Assembly: GCA_045541655.1 (NCBI GenBank)
Contig: JAZQJN010000012.1
Coordinates: 1-49,418, forward strand
Direction: 5' to 3'
Source: Acutalibacteraceae bacterium
GTDB taxonomy: Bacteria; Bacillota; Clostridia; Oscillospirales; Acutalibacteraceae
Length of the DNA stretch: 49,418 nt
The first letter of the stretch is position 1; every line of letters starts with the position of its first letter. Made by a program: the position numbers and the translations under genes. Below the pieces are notes generated by a model that was not told the origin of the DNA, did no database searches, and saw only the letters and a program-made list of their open reading frames with translations. Positions 17,692 to 26,368 of the stretch are shown one piece after another.

Positions 17692-18942
17692 ATGAAAAAA
17701 GATTATATAAATAAATTAATTAAAGCATACGATTCATTACAATACTTTTATTTTTCTAATGAAAAGGATGAATTGGATTTTGAAGATAAGCCCTATATAA
17801 ATATGTTAGAGCTTCTTTATTCGAAATTTTACGAATATGAATTTTTCAGTGAGGATCTTTTGGAATATGCAGTAATTAGTTATTTAAAACAACAGGATAA
17901 GCCACAAGAAACGAATGAAAACACCATTAAAGAATTCATAGAATATATTATAAATATTTTTGATATCAATAAGCAAAAACATTTCTTGATATTCCCACTT
18001 CAAGGTTCAGGTATTAATTGTGATGTTTCTTTTTCAAATATCCACATATTAAAAGAAAAGGGCGAAGAAGTGTTACTTGATCAAATATCCGAAATCACCG
18101 ATATGAGTTATTATGATGTAAGGGATTTTTTTAGACATACTCAAAATAGTAGATCAAAAGATTTTTTAAAATCTAATATAATGATTATTGAAATCGAAAA
18201 CCAAACATATAATGTTAAACATTCTGCATATCTAATGGCGCAATCAGCGATAAATATCTTAAAGCTTATTCATTCAGCATATGAAATGGAATCAAGTATA
18301 TTTAGAAAATCTGAATTACACGTTAAAAGGAATAGCCATGTTGCGATAATTTCAAAAGATTCCTGGCGATGTGGTCACGGTTTTAATTGGAATGCAAACT
18401 TACAGTGCAAATTAGATATTGATTTTATTGCTGAAAAAAAGCATCAAGAAACTTTTTCAAAAATGTTGAACTTGCTTTTTTCAAAAAGCAATGATCAACT
18501 TAATAGATTATTTATTAATGCATTTGGACTTTTTGAAAAAGCTACAATTCAGAGAACAGAGTTTTGTGAATATGAGATTTCGCTTTTATTATATCTAACA
18601 GCACTTGAGTCTCTATTTACAGAAGGCAAAAATGAGAAAAGACTAAGAATAGCAGCTATTGTTCCTAGAGTGTTGTATGATGATGGAGCTAAAATAACAG
18701 AACTTGCTGAAAAACTAGAAATTCTTTATATGCAACGTAATAATTTTTTACATGCGGGGGAGTTTTTTCATTATAAGCGGATTGATATAACGCTTGAACA
18801 ATTGGAGCAAACAGTTGCCAAAATAATCTTAAAAATTTTGACAATTGATGATATTATCTACGCAAGGGAAAATGAAAGCAACTTGAAGGCCTGGAACAAA
18901 TATACAGATAACATATTTAAAAATATTATTTTAGGTAAATAA
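17692..18942 (+). CDS. HEPN-domain protein (Rx4H), N-terminal ~300 aa unknown
   Basis: C-terminal LTALESLF...LEILYMQRNNFLHAGEF contains R349-N-N-F-L-H354 (DNA 18736-18753). RBS AAAGGAA is present. Confidence 0.6.
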   Translation: MKKDYINKLIKAYDSLQYFYFSNEKDELDFEDKPYINMLELLYSKFYEYEFFSEDLLEYAVISYLKQQDKPQETNENTIKEFIEYIINIFDINKQKHFLIFPLQGSGINCDVSFSNIHILKEKGEEVLLDQISEITDMSYYDVRDFFRHTQNSRSKDFLKSNIMIIEIENQTYNVKHSAYLMAQSAINILKLIHSAYEMESSIFRKSELHVKRNSHVAIISKDSWRCGHGFNWNANLQCKLDIDFIAEKKHQETFSKMLNLLFSKSNDQLNRLFINAFGLFEKATIQRTEFCEYEISLLLYLTALESLFTEGKNEKRLRIAAIVPRVLYDDGAKITELAEKLEILYMQRNNFLHAGEFFHYKRIDITLEQLEQTVAKIILKILTIDDIIYARENESNLKAWNKYTDNIFKNIILGK

Positions 18943-19000
18943 TATTTTTAAAACTTGTTATTCAACAACCCCAAATAGATGAGTGTATCATATATCAATG

Positions 19001-19018
19001 CTTATCAATATTGATAAG
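19001..19018. promoter_or_regulatory. Perfect 18-bp palindrome, candidate operator
   Basis: CTTATCAATATTGATAAG lies about 70 bp upstream of the -35 of the rSAM operon promoter. Confidence 0.45.
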
Positions 19019-19090
19019 ATATTTTCATAAGAAAAACTAACATCACATATTACTTTTATAATTTTCAAAACACATGTCAATACCTTTGCA

Positions 19091-19119
19091 TTGACATTAT
19101 TTTGGCTAGCATGTATAAT
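19091..19119 (+). promoter_or_regulatory. Consensus sigma-A promoter of the rSAM-SDR-2TM operon
   Basis: TTGACA, exactly 17 bp, TATAAT, about 37 bp upstream of the ATG at 19156 (RBS GTGAGGTG). Confidence 0.7.
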
Positions 19120-19155
19120 TATAATATAAGTTTATTTAATATGTGAGGTGAATAT

Positions 19156-20277
19156 ATGCCACATGCAAATAAACAAATGGCTTCGTTCTTTCTGACGTCC
19201 AAATGTAATTTGCGCTGTATATATTGTTACAACCAAGAGGAACGTATAAATCTAGTTGAACAGACATTGCCTATTGAAATTGCAAAAGCTGGTGTTGACT
19301 ATTTTTTCAGAACAAGTCAAAGTCGGCATATTAGATTTTATGGACCAGGAGAGCCGACTCAAGCTTTCATAATAATGAAAGAAATAGTTGAATACGCTAA
19401 AGAACAAGGTGGGAAAACTGTTACTACCGAATTACAGACTAATGGTTGCTTTGGAGAAAACGTCTGTTCTTGGATTAGTAACAATATTGATATAGTATGG
19501 GTGTCATTTGATGGCGAACCAGAAATTCAGAATAAAAATAGACCGTGTGCTAATGGGAAGCCGTCAGCTCCAATTATTGAAAAAAATGTTAAATGGTTGC
19601 TTAAAAACAAATCTGATCACAATATAATGGTGGGGGCACGTGTTACCATAACAAATGAAAATGTACAACGACAGCGTCAAATTATTGATTATTTTTCAAG
19701 TATTGGTATTAAACATATTTGGACCGATCCGATTTTCCCTACTGTAGGTAATATTCCTGTTTGCAATGATTATGAAAAACTAAGTCAATACAATTTTGAT
19801 ATGGATTTGTATGCAGATACATACATTGATGCCTTTTTTTATGCAAAGGAGAAAAACGTTTTTTATGGTAGTTTTCTCACATGCAATTTTGACGGTACAT
19901 GCAACAAGCATTGCCGTGCATGTACCCCAGTTCCACATTTTACAACTGATGGATATATTTCGGCTTGTGATCTAGTAACATTTGGTAAAACACCAAAACA
20001 TATGGATTGTTTTGTGTATGGCAAATGGGATGATACTAAAAAAACTTTTATAATAGATGAAAACAAGGTTAACGCTTTACGCCATAGAACAATAAATAAC
20101 ATGCCACACTGTGCAAAATGTGAGGTTAGAGAACATTGCGGGGGTTATTGTTTGGGGGAAGTGCAAAATGAGACTGGTACGTTATTGGGACAAAAGATAA
20201 ACACCTGTAAAGCAATACGAAAAATAGCACAGAAAATTGGATACCCTGAAAAACCGTATCCATATTTTCATCCATAA
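19156..20277 (+). CDS. Radical SAM enzyme with a C-terminal SPASM domain
   Basis: CNLRCIYC (CX3CX2C) lies at aa 17-24. The C-terminal CAKCEVREHCGGYC (CX2CX5CX3C) plus upstream CNKHCRAC cysteines form a SPASM-type auxiliary cluster signature. Confidence 0.85.
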   Translation: MPHANKQMASFFLTSKCNLRCIYCYNQEERINLVEQTLPIEIAKAGVDYFFRTSQSRHIRFYGPGEPTQAFIIMKEIVEYAKEQGGKTVTTELQTNGCFGENVCSWISNNIDIVWVSFDGEPEIQNKNRPCANGKPSAPIIEKNVKWLLKNKSDHNIMVGARVTITNENVQRQRQIIDYFSSIGIKHIWTDPIFPTVGNIPVCNDYEKLSQYNFDMDLYADTYIDAFFYAKEKNVFYGSFLTCNFDGTCNKHCRACTPVPHFTTDGYISACDLVTFGKTPKHMDCFVYGKWDDTKKTFIIDENKVNALRHRTINNMPHCAKCEVREHCGGYCLGEVQNETGTLLGQKINTCKAIRKIAQKIGYPEKPYPYFHP

Positions 20278-20298
20278 AAATACTTAAGGAGGCAATTT

Positions 20299-21045
20299 AT
20301 GAAAGTTGTTATTGTAGGGGCCGCAAAACCTGGTTACGCGGAATCAATTACGAGGAGATTTATTCGTCAAGGATATAGCGTTATTGGAACATATGACGAA
20401 GAGTATACTGATAATGCAATAAAAATGCAAAATGAGTTCACAGAAGATGTTTTGGTTCTTCGAAAGGTCGATTTGGCAAAGCGTGAAGAGCTATCTTCTT
20501 TTGTTAAATCAGTTCAAGGTAAAATTGATGGATTAATCTTCGCTCAATTTTTCTTTCATATGGAAGACCCAGATGATTTTGATCATATTATGTGGGACAA
20601 AAGTCTTGCAATCAATTTGACAGCTCCAAATTATCTTGTTCACGAATTAAAAGTGCAAATGAATCCAGGAAGTTCGATAGTTATTATAACAAGTACGGAA
20701 GCTTATAGGGGTTCATATGGTGCTTCTGCTTATGCTGCTACAAAGGCTGCGATACATAACCTTGTTCGCACCTTAGCTAATAATTTGGGAAAATATAATA
20801 TCCGCGTTAATGCATTACCAGCAGGATGGATCGGTGGCGAAATGGATACAGATGAAATATTCAATAAATCTAGATCGCTTACTCCATTAGGACGGTTAGG
20901 AACTGACGAGGAAATTGCAAATGTAGTTTATTTTCTATTTTCTAAAGAGTCGAGTTTCATAAATGGCACGACAATTGTTGCTGATGGTGGATACTTAGGC
21001 TCAGATCCTTTGTCAAAATATGAGTTTGAAGATAGTCGTAATTAA
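20299..21045 (+). CDS. Divergent short-chain dehydrogenase/reductase
   Basis: YAATKAA (YxxxK) with an upstream Ser (ITSTEA). The atypical Gly motif VIVGAAKPGYAESI resembles the FabI/pteridine-reductase style. RBS AAGGAGG is present. Confidence 0.8.
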   Translation: MKVVIVGAAKPGYAESITRRFIRQGYSVIGTYDEEYTDNAIKMQNEFTEDVLVLRKVDLAKREELSSFVKSVQGKIDGLIFAQFFFHMEDPDDFDHIMWDKSLAINLTAPNYLVHELKVQMNPGSSIVIITSTEAYRGSYGASAYAATKAAIHNLVRTLANNLGKYNIRVNALPAGWIGGEMDTDEIFNKSRSLTPLGRLGTDEEIANVVYFLFSKESSFINGTTIVADGGYLGSDPLSKYEFEDSRN

Positions 21046-21074
21046 GAAAAAATCGGAAAAGAGAGACGAAATAT

Positions 21075-22100
21075 ATGCGTAAGAAATGGTCGTTTTGGGA
21101 TATAATAATTCTAATGCTTGAAATTTTATCGCCTATTATATCTATTGTAATAACCTGTTTTATTCCAGCGGTCCAGGAACTTTCAGCCGATAGCAGATTA
21201 GCAATTATTGGGACAGGAATTGCTATACCTGTAGTACTAATACAAATTTCTATTACGCAAGGTCAAAACAAGACAGAGAGTGATAACGAAAAGAATAGAA
21301 ATCAGATTATAGAAATTTCTGAAAAAATAAATCATATTAGCCCTGTTTTAGAACAAGTATTTTTATCTGGCAATTCACGTGTACAACGTTTTGCATATCG
21401 CCGCTTTGAAGAAGTTTGTAAAACTATTCATACAGCTGTAAATAATAATAATTCTGGGAATTTACGGCCTAATGAATACTATGAAGAATTATTGCATCTG
21501 TCAGATCTAATTCTTAGGGATAAAGACAAAAACAAAAAGAAATTTCGTGGTGAAATATGGGCTATGACTGGATTTGCCGAGGATGAATGGATTGCCGATG
21601 AAGGATATGAGAATTTGTGGACAGATAAGCTAAAGGAAATGGTAGAAATAAATGCGATAAAAACACGTCGCTTATGTTTATTACCAGATTCATTATACAA
21701 CACGATAACTATGCCTGAATTTTCAGCACCACAAGAAAGTAATCATCCTTTTTGGGGATTTTTAAAATTATTGAATGATTACTATGGTAAAACGTTTAAT
21801 AATTCTAATGTTGAACATTATATTATTAAAGAAAACGATAATCCTAAATTAAAAGAGATTAGGGGTTTTTTTGCGATAAAATTAACTAATGGTGATTTAC
21901 ATATTTTATATGGGGAAACTGTGGATTCGAATGGAGCTTTAACAGCAAAAGTTTTGTTTGATCTTCAAGAAATTCAGGAAGTTCGTACGTTGTTTGAGAG
22001 ATATGCAAAATCTAATTATCGCATTGAAAATATTATACCGAAAATTTCTGATTCGAATGGATTTATTAAGTATCTAGAACAGCACAACATTAAAATATGA
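21075..22100 (+). CDS. 2-TM membrane protein with a ~270-aa cytoplasmic domain of unknown function
   Basis: Two N-terminal hydrophobic helices (aa ~8-30 and ~42-60) are followed by a charged linker and a globular region with no motif I recognise. Confidence 0.65.
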   Translation: MRKKWSFWDIIILMLEILSPIISIVITCFIPAVQELSADSRLAIIGTGIAIPVVLIQISITQGQNKTESDNEKNRNQIIEISEKINHISPVLEQVFLSGNSRVQRFAYRRFEEVCKTIHTAVNNNNSGNLRPNEYYEELLHLSDLILRDKDKNKKKFRGEIWAMTGFAEDEWIADEGYENLWTDKLKEMVEINAIKTRRLCLLPDSLYNTITMPEFSAPQESNHPFWGFLKLLNDYYGKTFNNSNVEHYIIKENDNPKLKEIRGFFAIKLTNGDLHILYGETVDSNGALTAKVLFDLQEIQEVRTLFERYAKSNYRIENIIPKISDSNGFIKYLEQHNIKI

Positions 22101-22345
22101 AGTTAGATTAAAAACACTATTGAACTCCAAGTATTTATAGGTTGGACATCAGTAGTGTTTTTTCTTTTTACCTCTGTTTTCATGCAGTTTTTCATCTTTT
22201 TAAATTGTTATTTTGAATTGGCTCAAAAAACAAAAAATCCGAAATCGATAAATAAAATTTTAAAATTAAATTATTCATCAAAAAATCTGACTACTATTAT
22301 AATAGCCAGATTTTTTGTTAAAAAAAAGACGCATAGCACACAGTC

Positions 22346-22413
22346 GCAAAAAGTACATTTTGCACAAAAAGATACAAACAGTGCAACTCGCACATATAGA
22401 AATATGTTATAAT
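22346..22413 (+). promoter_or_regulatory. Operator-like palindromes and an extended -10 promoter upstream of the HTH/R-M operon
   Basis: GCAAAAAGTACATTTTGC (22346-22363, 17 of 18 positions palindromic). TTGCAC-N15-GTGCAA (22360-22386). TGTTATAAT (22405-22413). Confidence 0.45.
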
Positions 22414-22430
22414 TTCATTGAGGTGATATT

Positions 22431-22898
22431 GTGCAAAATAATTCGTATCTTAATTTTAGAGAGAATTTAGAGTTGTTATTAAAGGGTAAATCGTATTCTG
22501 AATTAGCTTTGTATTTGGGTGTGCCTTCAAGCACACTTAAAAGTTGGATCAATGGTAGCAGGTGCCCAACGCTAAGAAATATTGATAAACTTGCTAATAG
22601 GATAGGATGTTATTCTTCTGATTTATTAAATTCAAAGGTTTGTATTATTAACAAAAAAGTACATTCAAATGATTCTCACATTTCTTTTGTTAAAAATTTG
22701 AATATTATGTTTTTGAAAAATCAATGCTTTTCGACACCTCAAAAACTTGCTTTATTAAACAATGTTATAACTGATTTTGCATTACAATCTTATTTAAGAA
22801 AACAAGATTATAAGTTGCCGACATTATCCAAATTAGATGTTATAGCAGATGCGCTTGGTATATCTACATATACTTTATTATTGGAGGAAACAAAATGA
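22431..22898 (+). CDS. Tandem-HTH XRE-family regulator (controller-protein-like)
   Basis: GTG start after GAGGTGA. HTH 1 is YSELALYLGVPSSTLKSWINGSRCPTLRNIDKLA. A second HTH-like segment is LPTLSKLDVIADALGISTYTLL. The stop overlaps the next start (ATGA). Confidence 0.7.
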   Translation: MQNNSYLNFRENLELLLKGKSYSELALYLGVPSSTLKSWINGSRCPTLRNIDKLANRIGCYSSDLLNSKVCIINKKVHSNDSHISFVKNLNIMFLKNQCFSTPQKLALLNNVITDFALQSYLRKQDYKLPTLSKLDVIADALGISTYTLLLEETK

Positions 22899-25303
22899 AA
22901 AAAGAGATTACACGTGAAAATAAAGAAAAAATACAGAAGTTGTTAGCGGCTATAGATGGAGTAGAAAATAGTGTTCCTTTCTTACTTAAAACAGCATTTA
23001 ATTTCAAGGGGAGAAAGTCGCCAATCATTGCACAGAAAGTTATAGAAGCCATAACAGAAGAAACTGATGCTATATTTGACCCATTTATGGGTTCAGCTTC
23101 GTTTGTAATTGCAGCAGCAAAAGCAAACAGAAAAATTGTAGCCACAGAAATAGATAATTACACATATTCCGCAGTATATGCTCTGTTAGCTAAAGTAAAT
23201 ACTGAGAAGTTAAATACAATATTCAAAAACATAGAAGCATCGGTTAAATCCTCTGTTATGGAATTGTACGAAACTTCCTGTTGCGGAGTTAAAAATTATA
23301 TAGAAAAATTATATTTTGACCCACAAGACAATGAGTTTTACTATCCTCGTCCAAACAGAGAGTTTTCTGACGGTAAAAACATAAAATTAATTTCGGCTTG
23401 TCCTATATGTGGAAAAAAAGACAAAGCGTTTGAAGGGTTTGATGAAGAAAAAATCAACTCTATTTCGGAAGAGGATGTTATAGATTTCCCTAAAGATACT
23501 TATATAGAAAATAGCCGAATTAATATAACTAGGTCTACGGGTGCAAATCGTTATGATAGAATATTTACAAAAAGAAATCAAAAGGCTTTGCTATTAATAC
23601 AAAGGGCAATATTAGAGCAAAGTGCTTCAATAGAACGGGATGTCATTGAACAGGCGCTAGTTTCCGCCCTGTCACTAGCAAGAATTTCAATGTACGGCTC
23701 AAGCACCGATATATTATATCATGTGGTTCCGTTCGGTGCTCAAGAAATGAATGTTTGGACACTGTTTGAGTCTAAATTAAATAGCTTTATTAATTTTAAG
23801 AAAGAGTATTCAGATATTTTATTGGCTGATTCTGATGATAACAAAAAGTATTATATACATAACGAATCGTATCAAGATTTTTGTTCCGAAAAACTGATGA
23901 AGGATTCGTTTGATTTGATATACACTGATTTTCCGTATACAGATCAAGTTCCTTATTTAGAAAGGAATCAATTATATAGGGTTTGGTTAAACAAATTTTA
24001 TAATAATGATATTTCTTTTGAATTGACTTCTAAAATGCTCAATGAAGAAATTGTTCAAACGGATTCTCCTCAGAGGGAAAACAAAAAAGGTGTTGATCAA
24101 TATTATTTAGATATAGATAAAATGTTTAAAACATTTTATAAGGTGTTAAAAACAAATTCGCTTGCTATTTTTACTGTAAAGTTGGGAAAAGCAAAATATT
24201 TCACAACACTTATGGAAATTATTAATCTTGCGAGAAAAAACGGTTTTGAATATGCCTTTAGAGTCGGCATAGACAAAAATGATCCTACTATACGTAAACA
24301 AGCGGCGTATAAAAACACGCTTTCTAATGAAATGATAATAGGATTTCAAAAATTAGATGAGGAGAATCGTTACTGGTACATAGGCAACAAGAACTACGAG
24401 TTCGAAACAGTTAAGTTAGTTTATAATGCGATAGAAAAAGATGAAATAACCATTAGCCATGCTGTTGATTTGGTGCGAAAAACTATAATAAATAAAGAAT
24501 CATATTTTGTATCTGACGAGGAAATTTTGACGATAAAGGATATTATTTTTAACAACTTTGTTATTGATACAAATACATCTATTGTTAGAAAGGATTACAA
24601 CAAACTATATTTGGATATTGAAGATAATTCTGATTTATTTACAAAATTTTATAATTTTATTCCCGTTATTATCAAGCGCCTTTTAGATGAGAACGGAAAG
24701 TTCGTTCTTGATGACCTTTATTTTGAAATAGCAAACACGTTATGTAACGGCGACCCTAAAACAGTAAATCAATTTCTTGAAGACAGAAGTCACGCCTCTG
24801 ATATAGACATATTGGTAAAAAATTATTGTGAAACTGATGGTCGAGTTTACACCAAGAAAAACTATACTGAAGCAGTTAAAGAAGGTGCCGTAGATATTTC
24901 AACATTGGAAGGATATGAATTTGAACATCTAATTAAAAAGTTACTAGAAAAAGACGGCTTCTTTAATGTAGTTAATACTGGCGGTGCAGGAGATTTGGGA
25001 GTTGATTTGTTGGCGCATAAATATGATGAGAATAAAATAGATAAATTATATTTATTCCAATGTAAACGCTGGGCTGCAAATGTTGGTAGTGAACCAATGC
25101 AACGTTTAGTAGCAGAAAAATTACGCCGTGGCGCCGATGTTGCTATATGCATTACTACATCAGATTTCACAAAGGATGGACAATTGATTTCTAATGAACA
25201 GGATGTCGGAATGTGGAATGGTGAGTATGTGACTCGAAAATTAAATGAGCATTTCCCGAATCAGTATTACAACGGTGCTTTGGAATGGAGCATAGGAGAT
25301 TAG
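22895..25303 (+). CDS. Fusion protein: permuted N6/N4-type DNA methyltransferase-like module with degenerate motifs, a middle domain, and a C-terminal Mrr-type PD-(D/E)xK nuclease
   Basis: FDPFMGSASF (motif I-like) lies at aa ~60 and LIYTDFPY (motif IV-like) at aa ~345. The C-terminal FEHLIKKLL...GAGDLGVDLLA...LYLFQCKRW matches the Mrr_cat pattern (D...QxK). Confidence 0.7.
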   Translation: MKKEITRENKEKIQKLLAAIDGVENSVPFLLKTAFNFKGRKSPIIAQKVIEAITEETDAIFDPFMGSASFVIAAAKANRKIVATEIDNYTYSAVYALLAKVNTEKLNTIFKNIEASVKSSVMELYETSCCGVKNYIEKLYFDPQDNEFYYPRPNREFSDGKNIKLISACPICGKKDKAFEGFDEEKINSISEEDVIDFPKDTYIENSRINITRSTGANRYDRIFTKRNQKALLLIQRAILEQSASIERDVIEQALVSALSLARISMYGSSTDILYHVVPFGAQEMNVWTLFESKLNSFINFKKEYSDILLADSDDNKKYYIHNESYQDFCSEKLMKDSFDLIYTDFPYTDQVPYLERNQLYRVWLNKFYNNDISFELTSKMLNEEIVQTDSPQRENKKGVDQYYLDIDKMFKTFYKVLKTNSLAIFTVKLGKAKYFTTLMEIINLARKNGFEYAFRVGIDKNDPTIRKQAAYKNTLSNEMIIGFQKLDEENRYWYIGNKNYEFETVKLVYNAIEKDEITISHAVDLVRKTIINKESYFVSDEEILTIKDIIFNNFVIDTNTSIVRKDYNKLYLDIEDNSDLFTKFYNFIPVIIKRLLDENGKFVLDDLYFEIANTLCNGDPKTVNQFLEDRSHASDIDILVKNYCETDGRVYTKKNYTEAVKEGAVDISTLEGYEFEHLIKKLLEKDGFFNVVNTGGAGDLGVDLLAHKYDENKIDKLYLFQCKRWAANVGSEPMQRLVAEKLRRGADVAICITTSDFTKDGQLISNEQDVGMWNGEYVTRKLNEHFPNQYYNGALEWSIGD

Positions 25304-25326
25304 ATATTTAAGGAGGTATAAATATT

Positions 25327-26325
25327 ATGGCTTGTAAAAGAATGAATGCCATTTTTTGTGAGCTTAAAACCATCCAAGAAGAATTTGGAAAGTTAACTGG
25401 GGAATACAATATATATTCAAGCAGCAAAATATATGAAATTATAATAGCAAATATGTTGGAACATCATATTTTAGCTGGTGCACATGGTGCGGATGCATAT
25501 GATGATTCTAAAAATCATTATGAATATAAGCATTATAAAGAATCAAGCTCTAACCACACTTGGACGTTTAATGATTATACCGATAAAACACTATCTGAAT
25601 TAAAATCTCGAACAGTTATATTTGCGCATATAAATGATATAAATTCAACAAATCCTTTGGAATATGTGGATTGGTATTACAAAGTTGATGGTAAGGTTAT
25701 AGCGAGATATATTTCTAATTGGTCTCAAAATTCTGGCAATAAACGAAAAATGATAAATATAAGTGTTTCACAATTAGAAAGTGATTGTAATGCTGAAAAA
25801 ATTTGTGTAAACTCAGATAATCTTGAAGGGCGATACTCTAATTATATTATTAAGATTTTTGAATGTATTGATTATCTTGAAAAATTCACAAAAACCACAA
25901 ATTTATTGACAAGCAATAAATTATGGGAATTGTTTTTAGCAAATGGATTAAACCATAAAATAAACTCCAAACAAGGCGGTATGGGAGGAAAACATGATGC
26001 TCAAGATTCCCAAAATCGAAAATATGAGTATAAAATATCTCAAAGCACATTATGGACCTTTGAGGATGTGAGTGATGACGTTATTGCTAATATGAGATTA
26101 TTAGATGGTATATATTTATCTCAAATTGATAAAAGGAAATTTGAAATTAAAAAAATCCTATTGTTAGATACCAATAAAACGATGAATTTTATTAAAAAGA
26201 AAAGAGATATAATGATTGCCGAGAAAAATAAGAGTAATATATTGATTCGCCGTTTGAATGTTTCTATCTCGTTGAATGAAGTTAAAAATGAAGGATTAAT
26301 AATAAAAAGTTTTCCTACAATATAA
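25327..26325 (+). CDS. Tandem-duplicated PvuII-like restriction endonuclease (single-chain pseudo-dimer)
   Basis: Two copies of K(I/L)(Y/W)E(I/L)..AN.L...G..DA.D-x5-YEYK...WTF.D occur at aa ~33-85 and ~198-245. The spacing is identical to my recollection of the PvuII catalytic segment GNDAVDNAGQEYELK. Confidence 0.65.
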   Translation: MACKRMNAIFCELKTIQEEFGKLTGEYNIYSSSKIYEIIIANMLEHHILAGAHGADAYDDSKNHYEYKHYKESSSNHTWTFNDYTDKTLSELKSRTVIFAHINDINSTNPLEYVDWYYKVDGKVIARYISNWSQNSGNKRKMINISVSQLESDCNAEKICVNSDNLEGRYSNYIIKIFECIDYLEKFTKTTNLLTSNKLWELFLANGLNHKINSKQGGMGGKHDAQDSQNRKYEYKISQSTLWTFEDVSDDVIANMRLLDGIYLSQIDKRKFEIKKILLLDTNKTMNFIKKKRDIMIAEKNKSNILIRRLNVSISLNEVKNEGLIIKSFPTI

Positions 26326-26328
26326 CAC

Positions 26329-26365
26329 AAAAGGAATCGTTCTGATTTTTGAACGATTCCTTTTT
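26329..26365. terminator. Bidirectional terminator between convergent R-M modules
   Basis: AAAGGAATCGTTC-TGATTTTT-GAACGATTCCTTT. Confidence 0.8.
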
Positions 26366-26368
26366 ATG

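Noticed and set aside
18979-19014. 11-codon ORF (MSVSYINAYQY) upstream of the radical SAM gene, considered as a RiPP precursor
   Set aside because: It has no Cys/Ser/Thr-rich core, no leader-like length and no RBS, and it overlaps the 18-bp palindrome. This is too weak to call.
19156-20277. Radical SAM gene as a prokaryotic viperin (pVip)
   Set aside because: Viperins lack a SPASM auxiliary-cluster domain, and this protein has a clear CX2CX5CX3C C-terminal motif. It is therefore treated as a different class of rSAM enzyme.
22155-22412. 85-aa ORF in the 330-bp gap between the 2-TM gene and the HTH gene
   Set aside because: It has a GTG start with no RBS and a low-complexity AT-rich translation. 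The region is better explained as terminator plus promoter/operator DNA. I cannot fully exclude a small protein.
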